From a phage, in the sequence record PX915676.1: a DNA stretch of 64,000 bases. One strand, 5' to 3'. A program made the translations under genes and the position numbers. Below the pieces are notes generated by a model, which worked only from the letters and a program-made list of their open reading frames with translations, did not search any database and had not been told where the DNA came from. Of this stretch, positions 47,810 to 58,429 are shown one piece after another; position 1 is the first letter of the stretch, and each line of letters opens with the position of its first letter.

Positions 47810-48029
47810 TGATCAAAAATCTACGCAACAAGTGCTTCGCTTTCGCTATCGCAATTGGAGAGGCGAGGTTGCTGACCGGTCCGTTATTCCACTCCGAACC
47901 TCCGTTGCTAGCTCCCGTTTTCATAACGGTGGCAAACCTTGTTGGATTATGACAGCGATAGATGTAGAGAAAGATGAGATTCGAGAGTTCAAACTCTCTG
48001 ACATTATTCAGTATTACGATTTAATCTAG
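47802..48029 (+). CDS. hypothetical protein
   Basis: Track ORF trimmed to ATG 47802 overlapping HNH stop. Confidence 0.45.
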   Translation: MSDDQKSTQQVLRFRYRNWRGEVADRSVIPLRTSVASSRFHNGGKPCWIMTAIDVEKDEIREFKLSDIIQYYDLI

Positions 48030-48037
48030 GAACTGAC

Positions 48038-48199
48038 ATGATCACACAAGCAGATAAAAATAAACTCTTCGACTTAATCCACGACCTATTAGAAGCTCAG
48101 AGCTTTATTGACAATGCCCATACTTGGGAGATGGAAGCAGCTGGAAAAGCTTTTGATGAAAGCGAAGAGAAGCTTATTAATTTTATAAACACAATCTAA
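48038..48199 (+). CDS. small ORF (53 aa)
   Basis: ATG with AGGAA SD; below track cut-off. Confidence 0.4.
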   Translation: MITQADKNKLFDLIHDLLEAQSFIDNAHTWEMEAAGKAFDESEEKLINFINTI

Positions 48200-48355
48200 G
48201 GGGGTTATATGAGTGAAGAAGTTGTAATTCTTGGTAGTAAAGCAGATTGGTTCACTGGTGGTATCTCAGGGTGCTTTGAAGATGAACGCCCAGACCCCTG
48301 AAGAAAATTGGGATGTATGACGAATTTGATGGTTTTTAAAACTTAGAAATAATAA

Positions 48356-48389
48356 AGCCCCCTTCCTTTCGGTTGGGGGCTTTTCTTTT
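48356..48389. terminator. bidirectional intrinsic terminator between convergent plus and minus gene blocks
   Basis: AGCCCCC...GGGGGCT hairpin flanked by A-run upstream and T-run downstream. Confidence 0.7.
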
Positions 48390-48390
48390 A

Positions 48391-51300
48391 TCACTCCTTA
48401 GGTCGAACTCTTACACGGAGTCTCGATTGACGCTTACTGCGTTCAAGCTTCTCTGACAATGAGCCACGTTTAATCTTCGGCTTCCCTTCGTCATTAAACT
48501 TCTCCAAGAACTGCAAGTACTCAGTACGATTCGTTGTCTTGTAAGAAGGAATCTTGATATCAGGGTTCTCTTCAATCACACGTCTCATCTTCGCTACATC
48601 ATCCCTACCAAGCAACTTACTCTTAGCCTGTTCAGCTGTAGAACCAAAGATCTTCTCCAGTGCTCTAGATTTGTTACCGCCTGCGGAAGAAGCACCAAGT
48701 TTAGCAATAGCAGAGTAATCATCAGCACTAAACCAAGCTACTGGATTATCACCATACTTCTTCTTGTTTTCAGCAGCGGTCTGCAATGCACGCACAAAGC
48801 GACGGTTGTTACCAGCCTTATCTGCACCATGAACCCTGTCTAAAACTTCAGCCACACTAGCCAACTCATCCAAGCTCTTCCCACTCAAGAAAGCTTTCTC
48901 TACTTTATCAGCAAAGACCTCTTCCTGTTGTTTAATGCTTTCCAAGATATCAGAATTTGCTTGAGATCTTTCATCATCAGGCAGAGCAGAACGAATCTTC
49001 TCCATCTCCAACTCTTCCTCTTGCAGTTTCTTAATATCAGAGTCAACCTTCTGAGCCTCCTCAATAGCCTTCCTAGTATCCGCATCCAAGTTATCAAGCT
49101 TACCTTCAGTATCTCCAGTAACCTTAACAATCTCTTTCTCGATAGGAGTCATTGATTCGTACTTCTTAGCAAACTTCTCAACATCAGCTTCGATACGAGA
49201 ACGAGCATTCTGATGTTCAGTAGGAGTCATAGGTTTCTCAAGAAGTGCATAACGGTTGTCCATATAGGAACCAGCAAACGCTTCAGCATCCTCTCTAGAT
49301 ATGCCCTTATCTTCCATAGTACGCATCAGGCGGCGATGAATGTCATCACGTTGACGTTGTACTGCCATAAGGTCATTCTCACGCTCTTGGGCCGCTTTAA
49401 GTTCTTCACTGCGCTTAACTCTCTTGTCCACATCAAACTTACGGTTCATCTCTTCCGCTTGCTCATACATCTTGTTCCACTTGGCCTGACGAGCATCTTC
49501 CTCTGCATCAGTTAAACGACGCTGACGATCAAGGTAATCTGACTCGGCGTTATGGATACGTTCGATATAACTACGGAACTTCTCTGGAGGAACTGGAGAG
49601 TTCTTGTCATGGTGAGCAGCCAACTGTTTCAATGTACGAGATTCCTGAGCCTCACGAACGGGTTTAGGTAAACCTTCCATCATCTTCTCAATCTCGCTCT
49701 TCTGAGCTGCAATAGCCTCTAGAGTTTTACGTTCATTCTCAACAACAGCCTTAGCATCCGAACGAGCCTGAGCCTTTTTCCTGAGTGTAGCAAGACGTTC
49801 TTCACGAGCCTGTAAATGCTTAGCAGCAGCTTCGTACTGAGAGTTCTTGTTAGCTTTGTTGAAGGCATTCACTTCTCTGTTATAGGTGTTAATAAACCCA
49901 TCCCAAATATCCTTCATCTGACCAACTTCCAAAGCCTCTTCCCTACCAGCCTTCTCTGAAGATTTAAACTTCCCATCTACAAAGTCATTCATCAGCTTAC
50001 GCATAGCATCTTTCTGAGCAGGACGTAAAGGTTCTGAATCAATCAAAGCATCAATCTCAGACTGAAGCTCTTTCTTCTGGTCAACCAGCTTAGGAGCATT
50101 CTTGTTATCGAAAGCTTTATTCTCTTCTAGAGCTTGTTGGTACAGTCTATCAAACTCATCTTCACGCTGCTTCTGATACAACCTTTCAGCACGACGTTTC
50201 AGACTATCCAAGTTAGTTACGTTCCCACCTAAACCTTTCTCTTCAGCACGTAATGCCTTAGTAGCAATGTCTTCTGGCAGACCACGTTCCTTAACCCATT
50301 CAGCAAAATTAGTTCGTACAGTGTTGTTCTTAGCAGTAGCAATACCTTGCTGAGAAGCCAGCTGGTTACGAGCCATTTCTTCATGACGTTCAGTGTTGAT
50401 AGCATTGTCTTCCTGACGAATACGACGCATCAATTCCTTAGGATCACCTTTATAAGCCAAGAAGTTTTCAGCAGTAGCTTTAGCCTTAGCAGCCTTAGAG
50501 TACAGAGAACGAGCAAAACGTTCTGCACGATCTTTAGTAGCCTGACGAGCAGCACTTGACATAGCAGCTAAACGCTCTACACCACTTGCCGGTTTAACGT
50601 CCTGTACAGCTTCCTTAGGAGCTTTAGGAGCACGAGCAGGTAATGGCTCAGCTTTGACTGTTGGTTCCTCTACGGTTGGTTCTGGAGCCTGTGCGGCCTC
50701 TTCTTGAGCACGTTGCTGTTCCATTGCACGACGCTCCTCTAGAGGGTTACGAGCAGGGAGAGGTTCAGCCTGTGGAGCTTGTTCGACTGGAGCTTCTTGA
50801 GCAGCAGCTGCCTCTTCTTCAGCGCGACGCTGTTCAGCCTGACGGATAGCACGTCTTTGCGCAACTAAATCACGAGCTGTAAGAGGGGTTTCTTGAGGAG
50901 CAGAAGAAGGAAGATTTTCTTCCGTCATAGTACTAGAAGAAGGCTCCCGAACCGGTTCGGTTTCCACGTCATTTTGCGTCTTAAATTTAATGTCATCAAC
51001 AACTGGTTCTTCTTCCATTTTAGCACGAGCTTCATCAGCAGTAGATTTAGCACGAGCAACTTCCAAATCACCACGAGCCAGAGAGCGGATAGCTTCACTG
51101 TTAGATTCTTGTTGCTTAACACGTTGAGAACGGGCACGCTGAGAAGAGAAGCGATTCAGAGCATATTTAGCAGCACCGAGAGTGTTCATTACCAGACTGG
51201 GTGAAGAAGCCTCACGGAATCCATCATCAGTCAGGGAAGTCCAACCACGATCTTGGTTGCTCATGAATTTAGCTGTATTGTTCAGAGTATAAGCATCTTG

Positions 51301-52812
51301 AATAGGATTAAAACCTTCAGGCATACCTTTCAGTTTCTTCAACCCACCAATAGCTTTCTTCATCTCTGGAGAAACATTATCAGCCATCTTCTGTAGTTCA
51401 GCAGCTTTCTCTACAAAGTTATTAAAGTCTTCACCATCACGAGCTTTGAATCGATTTGCTTCATTGTAGAAAGTCTTGTAAGCATCAATGAAATCACGGT
51501 CAGCTTGTGTACGGTTCTTAATATCAATCGGACTACCAGTAAAATCACCAGAAGCTCGGAGAGAGGTTAATTCACGGTCTAGATTATCTAGAACATCTGT
51601 AAGAGCTTTCGTGTTGTCTTTGGTGTAGTCAGCCATTGCGTCCTTCATAGCAACAGCCTGCTTCTGGTTGTGCTCGTTATCAGCGAATGCTTTACCACGA
51701 GTCTTAGCAGGAGAAGCTAAAGGGTTGAGGCCCGGAATGTTGGAATGTTCTTTCTGAACGGAAGCAGCTTTCTCAGCACGAGCTTGGTCAGTATTAAGAA
51801 TACGCTGAGCGGCAGGAGAATCTACAGCAACAGCATCTGTAATACGGAATCCATTCTCATCCAGAAGGTTCAGAGCAGAAGCAGCGTTAGCAGTTTCAGC
51901 TTTAGAGTAAGCTTCTTTCAATTCATCAACATTCTTAGCACTACGAATCAGTTCATCATCAGCAGCAATATCGGTCTTCGCATACTCTGGAGTATTCTTG
52001 AAGACAGCAGAATCCGGACGGCTAATCAAACCATGAACCCCACCAACTGCACCACCGAATGCAGCACCCATAGCACCTTCTTCGATAGCACCTTCTAATA
52101 CATTAGCAAAGGTTGTATCATCTCCATGCTTGTTCTGAGCTTCAGCAGCACCTACAAGAGCACCACCTTTAGCACCAGCCACTGCGTTAGTAGCAACGTT
52201 CTGACCAATACGTCCAAGTGTGGATTCAGCTGTACCGACAGCACCCGGAAGGATTCTCTGAGCCGCATAGTTAGCACCACCAACTAAGGCTGCATCTAGA
52301 ATAGACTTATCTTCTCCCTCTTCAGGGGTTTGGTCTGCATATGCACGACCTGTCTCACGACCTGCGATGATAGCAGCAGCAGCCAATGGGTTAGCAACTG
52401 TCAAACCGATATCACCAGCAACACCAGCATACTGACCGACAGTTTTACCAATCCCATCCTCAATCTTATCCATACGTTCTTTCAGAAGGTTCTGAGAGTT
52501 CTCTTGGATACGCTTACCATAACTAGTTTGTGCTCCAGCTAGATTCTCACCAATCTCAACTAAACCACCAATACCTTTAGCAGCACTAGCTGCAATATTT
52601 GCACCACCAGATTGAAGAGCATTTGACACACCTTGAGCAAACTCACCTATAGCACCACGTTCTTCTTGTTGTGGTTGTGCTATTGGTTGTTCCTCAGGAA
52701 TAGAGCCACCTGCTGCCTTATATTGTTCTCTCATTTGAGCTTGTTGCTCCGGAGAGGCATTCAGATACGCAGGAGCTTTGGAAGCTTCTTCCCACGGTTT
52801 AATGTTAGCCAT
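48391..52812 (-). CDS. large virion protein (1473 aa; internal/ejection or tape-measure-like, coiled-coil rich)
   Basis: Track ORF trimmed to ATG at 52812-52810 (MANIKPWEEASK...) with AAAGGAGA SD; Ala/Glu/Lys/Arg/Gln-rich, low-complexity repeats. Confidence 0.7.
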   Translation of the reverse strand: MANIKPWEEASKAPAYLNASPEQQAQMREQYKAAGGSIPEEQPIAQPQQEERGAIGEFAQGVSNALQSGGANIAASAAKGIGGLVEIGENLAGAQTSYGKRIQENSQNLLKERMDKIEDGIGKTVGQYAGVAGDIGLTVANPLAAAAIIAGRETGRAYADQTPEEGEDKSILDAALVGGANYAAQRILPGAVGTAESTLGRIGQNVATNAVAGAKGGALVGAAEAQNKHGDDTTFANVLEGAIEEGAMGAAFGGAVGGVHGLISRPDSAVFKNTPEYAKTDIAADDELIRSAKNVDELKEAYSKAETANAASALNLLDENGFRITDAVAVDSPAAQRILNTDQARAEKAASVQKEHSNIPGLNPLASPAKTRGKAFADNEHNQKQAVAMKDAMADYTKDNTKALTDVLDNLDRELTSLRASGDFTGSPIDIKNRTQADRDFIDAYKTFYNEANRFKARDGEDFNNFVEKAAELQKMADNVSPEMKKAIGGLKKLKGMPEGFNPIQDAYTLNNTAKFMSNQDRGWTSLTDDGFREASSPSLVMNTLGAAKYALNRFSSQRARSQRVKQQESNSEAIRSLARGDLEVARAKSTADEARAKMEEEPVVDDIKFKTQNDVETEPVREPSSSTMTEENLPSSAPQETPLTARDLVAQRRAIRQAEQRRAEEEAAAAQEAPVEQAPQAEPLPARNPLEERRAMEQQRAQEEAAQAPEPTVEEPTVKAEPLPARAPKAPKEAVQDVKPASGVERLAAMSSAARQATKDRAERFARSLYSKAAKAKATAENFLAYKGDPKELMRRIRQEDNAINTERHEEMARNQLASQQGIATAKNNTVRTNFAEWVKERGLPEDIATKALRAEEKGLGGNVTNLDSLKRRAERLYQKQREDEFDRLYQQALEENKAFDNKNAPKLVDQKKELQSEIDALIDSEPLRPAQKDAMRKLMNDFVDGKFKSSEKAGREEALEVGQMKDIWDGFINTYNREVNAFNKANKNSQYEAAAKHLQAREERLATLRKKAQARSDAKAVVENERKTLEAIAAQKSEIEKMMEGLPKPVREAQESRTLKQLAAHHDKNSPVPPEKFRSYIERIHNAESDYLDRQRRLTDAEEDARQAKWNKMYEQAEEMNRKFDVDKRVKRSEELKAAQERENDLMAVQRQRDDIHRRLMRTMEDKGISREDAEAFAGSYMDNRYALLEKPMTPTEHQNARSRIEADVEKFAKKYESMTPIEKEIVKVTGDTEGKLDNLDADTRKAIEEAQKVDSDIKKLQEEELEMEKIRSALPDDERSQANSDILESIKQQEEVFADKVEKAFLSGKSLDELASVAEVLDRVHGADKAGNNRRFVRALQTAAENKKKYGDNPVAWFSADDYSAIAKLGASSAGGNKSRALEKIFGSTAEQAKSKLLGRDDVAKMRRVIEENPDIKIPSYKTTNRTEYLQFLEKFNDEGKPKIKRGSLSEKLERSKRQSRLRVRVRPKE

Positions 52813-52850
52813 AACGTCTCCTTTTATAAATAAAAATGTCCTACCCCCTA

Positions 52851-52859
52851 TATACATTA
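52851..52859 (-). promoter_or_regulatory. TAATGTATA motif (minus strand)
   Basis: Reverse complement of TATACATTA, about 40 nt upstream of the 1473 aa gene start. Confidence 0.45.
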
Positions 52860-52879
52860 TAGAAGGCAGGACTTAGGTC

Positions 52880-54535
52880 TTATTGAGTAAACCAGCTAGT
52901 GTCTTCGACAGCTGATAAAGCACCATTAAGCTTAGGATTGGTTGCTGCACCACCAACTGCTTCTTCTGCTTGTTCAGAGAAAACACCTAGAGGGTCATAG
53001 AAACCACCAGAAGGGATTGCACGGTTAACCAATGCAGTAGCTCTCTTCTTATCCATACCAGAACCGATGTAAGCTTCAATCGTAGCTCTCTTAGCATCAG
53101 CAACACCTTTCATTGCAGAGGTGTGACCAACATTAGCTTGCTTACGAGCATAAGCAAGAGCAGAATCAGTAGGACGCCATCCAGATTTCAGCGCAAACTT
53201 GTTGCCAACACGAACGAAGATTGATGGGTCTTCTGCAAAGTGCCCCAAGTCTTCTTCGGTAAGAGAACGAGTAGCACCGATTTCAGCCCTTGCGGAGTTC
53301 ATGATAGCCTGCATGTAAGCAGAACGAGCTGTCTGATAGTCTTTATCCTTAACAGCCTTATCAGCCAAATCCAAGTCTTTGTTAGACTGGTTAAACAGGC
53401 CACCTTTCTCTGCCCACTGCTTAGCAACCGTACCTTCAGCTGTATTCTGAGCAAGACGAACTTCTTTCGGGTTAAAGTTAAAACTCTGAGCAGCTTGTTC
53501 AGCACGTTCAGCCTTAACTTTATCACGATAACCAATCAACTCTTTCTGACGTTCAAAGTTCATGTTAGCCCTTTCTTCAGCGGCACGACGAGTTTCATCA
53601 GCACGCTCACGCATAGTTTGCTCTTGAATCTGTTGACGTCTATCCCATTCAGCATTTTGTCGTTCTTCACGAGCAGCATACAACGCTTCTTTCTGAGCAG
53701 GGTCTACAGCTCTCATCTTCAGTAGAGACGGGTCTCCGTTAGCAATAGCAGCTGCGATCGAGTCTTGAGAGAAGCCTTGTTCAATCAGAGCATCACGGTT
53801 AGCTTCCAGTTGCTTCTTAGTCTCATCTTGATTAGCCATTCCCTGACCAATCTGGAAAGCTTCGATAGGAGACTTACCTGACATGATTGAAAGACCTACA
53901 CCCATCAAACCTGTGTAGAAACTAGAGTTCTGATAGAATGGTTCTTTCTGTAATTTGTTCCAAGCTTCTGAAGGGTCTTTAGCTTTCGCAACTTGCAAGA
54001 TATCGTTGTTAACACGTTCCTGATCTTTAGCACGAGTAGCAGCAGCCATTCCATCACCAGTGTCTTGTCCTTGAGCAAGAGTGTTAATCACACCCTGTGC
54101 CTGTTCCACCTGAGAAGGAGTAAACTCCATAGGACCAGCTTCTAGTGGTTTAGGAGGAGGTGTTACCGGAAGAGGGTCACTAGGCATAAGCCCAGCATCC
54201 TGTAAACCTTGATCAGTGGATAGGTTAGGATTAGCTGCTACAGGGGCCGGTGCTCCAATATCAATACCCTGAAGACTAGTAGGAGTTCCTTGATTCTGCT
54301 GTTCCATAAGACGTTGCTGGAATCCCGGATTAACCATAGCATTCTGATCTTCTTCTGCCTGAGAGACAAGACCTGCAAGAGATGAAGGTACAGCAGGACG
54401 TTGATACATAGAAATATCTGCTGTCTGAGTAGGTCTAGCCATATAAGGAGAGGCCGAAGCCGCTCCCGGATTAACACCATAGAAAGTATTTCTCGGGTCA
54501 CGACTTCTGACCTGAGCGTAAGTTGTCTGTTGCAT
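52880..54535 (-). CDS. virion structural protein (551 aa)
   Basis: Track ORF in late operon. Confidence 0.65.
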   Translation of the reverse strand: MQQTTYAQVRSRDPRNTFYGVNPGAASASPYMARPTQTADISMYQRPAVPSSLAGLVSQAEEDQNAMVNPGFQQRLMEQQNQGTPTSLQGIDIGAPAPVAANPNLSTDQGLQDAGLMPSDPLPVTPPPKPLEAGPMEFTPSQVEQAQGVINTLAQGQDTGDGMAAATRAKDQERVNNDILQVAKAKDPSEAWNKLQKEPFYQNSSFYTGLMGVGLSIMSGKSPIEAFQIGQGMANQDETKKQLEANRDALIEQGFSQDSIAAAIANGDPSLLKMRAVDPAQKEALYAAREERQNAEWDRRQQIQEQTMRERADETRRAAEERANMNFERQKELIGYRDKVKAERAEQAAQSFNFNPKEVRLAQNTAEGTVAKQWAEKGGLFNQSNKDLDLADKAVKDKDYQTARSAYMQAIMNSARAEIGATRSLTEEDLGHFAEDPSIFVRVGNKFALKSGWRPTDSALAYARKQANVGHTSAMKGVADAKRATIEAYIGSGMDKKRATALVNRAIPSGGFYDPLGVFSEQAEEAVGGAATNPKLNGALSAVEDTSWFTQ

Positions 54536-54548
54536 ATTTATCTCCTAA

Positions 54549-55517
54549 TTAAGTACTAGCCAACCCACCGATTACACCCCCAGCTAATGCACCCCAAGGT
54601 CCAAAGGAAGAGCCAGCTGCTGCACCACTCATAGCTCCACCAAGGAAACCACCTTTGCCACCAGATGTTTTAGTAGTTGTAGTTTGTCCGAGAGCACCAT
54701 TAAGTACACCTGCTGCACCGAGTTGGTTATTGATATCTTGCCATCCCCAATTAGCTGCGTTCTGAGCATTCTGGTAGGCATTATCATATTCATTCTGTTG
54801 TTGCTGTTGTTGCTGCAACCCTGCATTCCATTGATTCATTATTTGCTGTTGAGACAAATTAGCACCCTGCTGACCTAGGTTAGAAAGGTTAGAACCAATA
54901 TTAGAAAGACCAGAGAGAGCAGCTGCCTGATTCTGTCTATTACCAGAGAGGATGCTTTCAGCTTGGCTGATAGCCGAGTTATAGGCACTGTTGGTAATAT
55001 CTGTTGCTTGACCTTGCATCTGATTCAGAGCATCACCTTGGGCAAAAGATTTAGCCATACGAGCACCTGAACCTTGCTGACCCGCATATTGTTGAGCTAA
55101 CTGAGGAAGAGCATTACGTGCTAGATTCTGTTGAACCTGTTCATTGTTAGCTGTAATGGCTGCTTGCACAGCGTCATCATCATACAGTTGACCAGCGAGA
55201 GCACCAATCTGTTCTCCAGTAATCCCACCTTGTCCAGAAAGGCTCTGATAGCCTTTATAGGCATTATCCAGATACCCTAACCCTTGACCTGCTGCATCCA
55301 TGTATTGCTGTGAGAGAGTGCCCAAAGCGCCAGATTGTGCTAGGTTATTAAGTGCCTCTGTCTGATTATTATTAAACCCTACATTGTCACGATAGACATA
55401 ATCCCCTGAACTAGTATTACCAATCTGTTGGTTAAGCTGGTCAATATACTGTTGAATGTATTCAGGGCGAATCATTTGGGAAGTAGTTTTACTACCCCCG
55501 CCTCCGAAAAGTCCCAT
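54549..55517 (-). CDS. Q/N/G-rich virion protein, paralog A
   Basis: Track ORF; MGLFGGGGSKTT..., shares N-terminal and internal motifs with next ORF. Confidence 0.65.
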   Translation of the reverse strand: MGLFGGGGSKTTSQMIRPEYIQQYIDQLNQQIGNTSSGDYVYRDNVGFNNNQTEALNNLAQSGALGTLSQQYMDAAGQGLGYLDNAYKGYQSLSGQGGITGEQIGALAGQLYDDDAVQAAITANNEQVQQNLARNALPQLAQQYAGQQGSGARMAKSFAQGDALNQMQGQATDITNSAYNSAISQAESILSGNRQNQAAALSGLSNIGSNLSNLGQQGANLSQQQIMNQWNAGLQQQQQQQNEYDNAYQNAQNAANWGWQDINNQLGAAGVLNGALGQTTTTKTSGGKGGFLGGAMSGAAAGSSFGPWGALAGGVIGGLAST

Positions 55518-55529
55518 ATCAAATCTCCT

Positions 55530-56582
55530 TTAGTTTGCTCCAAATGCCCCTAAGACACCACCTAAGATATTACTACCTGCTGTGGATAACCAGTTAGACT
55601 GACCTTTCTGTTGAGAAAGATTAGAACCTCCAATCATAGGACCAGCCATTCCAGATTGCCCACCTGAGTTGTTATAGGAACTCCAAGCATTCTGAGTCTG
55701 TTGGTTAGGAGAGAAAGCACCCATACGACCTGCAATACCTAAACCAGTGATACCAGCACCTAGGAGCTGTTGTCCAGTATTAACCCCCGGAGCAGCATTC
55801 TTAATTGTATACCCAGCCATTGGGCTTACACTATTTAATACATTAAGTTGGTTGTTAAGCTGATTCCACCCATACTGCTGAGAGCCAATAGCGTTCTGCC
55901 AATTAATATCAGCTTGAGCTTGAGCTTGTTGCTGTTGCAGATTACCAGCCATCAGCTGATTCTGAATAGCTTGTTGAGTTGCCTGAACGCCTTGAGCACC
56001 AAGATTGAGGTTCTGTCCAGCTAAACCAGACTGAGCACCAAGCAACCCTCTCTGGAAGTTCTGATCTTGTTGCAGAGCACTTACACCCATATTCTTACCA
56101 CTGATAGTACGAGACAGGTTAGTGTTAGCGTCATTCAAAGCAGCCCCTTGAGCCGCAGCCCTACGGAGAGAGCCAGAGTCAGAGCCATTGCCAAGAGAGA
56201 CATTAGAAGCTGCTTTGCTAGTAGCTTGTGCAAGGGCTGAGTTATTCAAACCTTTACTAAAGTTATTAACCCCTTCAGCTGTTACTCCACCACCATTAAC
56301 AATATTCTGATACTGCTGGGCAAGAGCGTTTAATTGGTCCAACCCTTGCTGTGTACGTGGTGTATACATATCAGCTAGTTTCTTCTGAGTAGTAGAAGCT
56401 GCTAAGTTGTTCAGAGCACCTTGTTGGTTGCCATTAAACCCAGCCAGCTGTTGGGAGATGAATCCCGGATCGTTGTTCTGCATATTCTGAGCATTAGCAA
56501 CAATCTGCTTCAGCAGGGCATCAACCTGAGAGGAAGGGGCCACTGTGGTTTTGCTAGAAGCTGATTTTCCAAATAAAGACAT
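55530..56582 (-). CDS. Q/N/G-rich virion protein, paralog B
   Basis: Track ORF; MSLFGKSASSKTT..., G.NGNQQGALNNLA shared. Confidence 0.65.
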   Translation of the reverse strand: MSLFGKSASSKTTVAPSSQVDALLKQIVANAQNMQNNDPGFISQQLAGFNGNQQGALNNLAASTTQKKLADMYTPRTQQGLDQLNALAQQYQNIVNGGGVTAEGVNNFSKGLNNSALAQATSKAASNVSLGNGSDSGSLRRAAAQGAALNDANTNLSRTISGKNMGVSALQQDQNFQRGLLGAQSGLAGQNLNLGAQGVQATQQAIQNQLMAGNLQQQQAQAQADINWQNAIGSQQYGWNQLNNQLNVLNSVSPMAGYTIKNAAPGVNTGQQLLGAGITGLGIAGRMGAFSPNQQTQNAWSSYNNSGGQSGMAGPMIGGSNLSQQKGQSNWLSTAGSNILGGVLGAFGAN

Positions 56583-56601
56583 AAGTCCTCCTTAAAGATT
56601 A

Positions 56602-57384
56602 TTACTTTACACCAATGCTAGCCAAACGTCTGAGCACTGCTTGTGTTTGTGGACTGTACTGAGAACCTGCTGCATGTGGTGCACTTGCCCTCTGAACTGT
56701 TTGAGAAGTCGGAGGTTTACCAGCAAGCATAGCAGCTACACCTAATACTGCATTACCAAAGTTCTGTTGAGGCTTCTGATCTTCCCCTTCTTGTGCTTCA
56801 TCAGAGTAAAACTCTACTGGATTTCCGCCTAAAGCACCTGTCTTAGAAGCAGTAATGTCTGCCTGAGTTGGAGCTTGTGCGGCCTTCTCTCTATCTAACA
56901 AGTCAGGACTAAACTGATTGACTGGTTGAACAGCTTGTAAAGCTCCAACAGGGTTAGCAATCTGAGAAGCTGCATCACCATAGAAAGGAAGAAAGTGTTT
57001 GTTGTTCATTGAGTCAAGGGCTTGAGGTGTAAATCCCTTTTTACCAGCGAACATTTGCTTAGCACCACCAATGCCTTCTGAGTAACCAACCATCGCCTTC
57101 TTAACATCACCATTAAAAGCTTTTAAATTATCTCTAATATAACGAGCACCCATATCAATGTTCTTTGCTGGGTCAAGTCTGTCTTCTAGTTTGTAACCGT
57201 AGTCTTTAGCCAATCCTTTACTGATCTGCATTAAACCTACAGGACCAGTTCCAGAAGCCACTGTAGGACGACCACTAGACTCCCTTTGGATTACAGCATG
57301 AATCAAAGCAGCAGGAATCCCATACTTCTTTGAAGCCTGTTGAACCATTGGGTCTAGTTCTTCAATACCCATTTTAATTGCCAT
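56602..57384 (-). CDS. lytic transglycosylase (SLT domain), virion-associated
   Basis: AVIQRESSGRP...GPVGLMQI matches the SLT catalytic motif. Confidence 0.85.
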   Translation of the reverse strand: MAIKMGIEELDPMVQQASKKYGIPAALIHAVIQRESSGRPTVASGTGPVGLMQISKGLAKDYGYKLEDRLDPAKNIDMGARYIRDNLKAFNGDVKKAMVGYSEGIGGAKQMFAGKKGFTPQALDSMNNKHFLPFYGDAASQIANPVGALQAVQPVNQFSPDLLDREKAAQAPTQADITASKTGALGGNPVEFYSDEAQEGEDQKPQQNFGNAVLGVAAMLAGKPPTSQTVQRASAPHAAGSQYSPQTQAVLRRLASIGVK

Positions 57385-57396
57385 AATATCTCCTTG

Positions 57397-58428
57397 TTAT
57401 AGTCCAGCAAAAACCTTAGCTGCATTTATTACAGGAACTGACAAATTAACTACAGTATCAGCCCCTAGGTCGTAATTTTGATCCCACTGAAATAGATACC
57501 TTCCATAGCCAGTTCCTATGCTAGAGCCACTCATTGTGTGAGATCTCATTTGCTGATATCTCCATCCACTGCCTTGGCCTTTTATCGCACCTATTCCAGA
57601 GGTAAGAGGTATCATAGGGTATGCCATTCCTGTGTTACCACCTCCTGAGCCTATAAAAGTATCAACAGTGAAAGGTGTTCTGTTAGTAGAGAAGACACAT
57701 TGCGTGGTACCCGGAGAATAAATATTCAAACCTCCATTATGTTCCGGAACTCCTGCTCCATTGCAGAATACTGCAACTCTAGCAAACACAGAACCACCCT
57801 CATTAGTGTTGCCGTTTATGTAAGGTCTGTTCTGATAAACACGAATAACCCTGTCATCAGAGGTATAAGATAGTCCTATCCCTCCATCAGACCAATTAGC
57901 AAACACAACAGCATTGGTCATATTGAACCCACCGATATTTGGTATCTGGAGTGCATTGTTTATGGTCCCCTGCCAAGCCCAAATACATTGACCGACGACC
58001 CCACTATCAGATATCGAGAAGTAGTCTGCTGTATTAGAAAAGGTAATTCCGTAATTCCTATCCGCTCTAGGCCATATTTGATATACGTTGAACCCACAGT
58101 CAAATAAGGGGTTACTGCCGGGGTTCTGATTCAGAGTAACTCTAAAAGAGGAACTGTTTTCTACGTAGATGTTATTCACACAATAAACATCAGGAACTAG
58201 GTTAGGAGGGACTTCCCATTGCCAGCATAAAGAACCGGTAGGAACAATAACTATCTGACCGCTGCCATCCCATCCACTAATAGGGAAAGATCTCCCAGCC
58301 CCATTAAAGTTAAAACTCCCTCTTATACTATTCTTGAACTGAGGGAAAGTGCTTCCGCTATCAATAAATAAGGGAGCGGGGGTTGCTGGCCCCGGCCCTA
58401 CTGGTTGTGTCCATATTCCATATGCCAT
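57397..58428 (-). CDS. tail protein (343 aa)
   Basis: Track ORF, Gly/Asn/Ser-rich, between transglycosylase and tail fibre genes. Confidence 0.6.
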   Translation of the reverse strand: MAYGIWTQPVGPGPATPAPLFIDSGSTFPQFKNSIRGSFNFNGAGRSFPISGWDGSGQIVIVPTGSLCWQWEVPPNLVPDVYCVNNIYVENSSSFRVTLNQNPGSNPLFDCGFNVYQIWPRADRNYGITFSNTADYFSISDSGVVGQCIWAWQGTINNALQIPNIGGFNMTNAVVFANWSDGGIGLSYTSDDRVIRVYQNRPYINGNTNEGGSVFARVAVFCNGAGVPEHNGGLNIYSPGTTQCVFSTNRTPFTVDTFIGSGGGNTGMAYPMIPLTSGIGAIKGQGSGWRYQQMRSHTMSGSSIGTGYGRYLFQWDQNYDLGADTVVNLSVPVINAAKVFAGL

Positions 58429-58429
58429 A

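Noticed and set aside
48928-53725. Plus-strand ORFs inside the minus-strand structural genes (e.g. 48928-49155, 49213-49515, 50893-51204, 51745-52098, 53240-53725)
   Set aside because: Antisense shadow ORFs within long coding regions of the opposite strand, low-complexity translations, no SD
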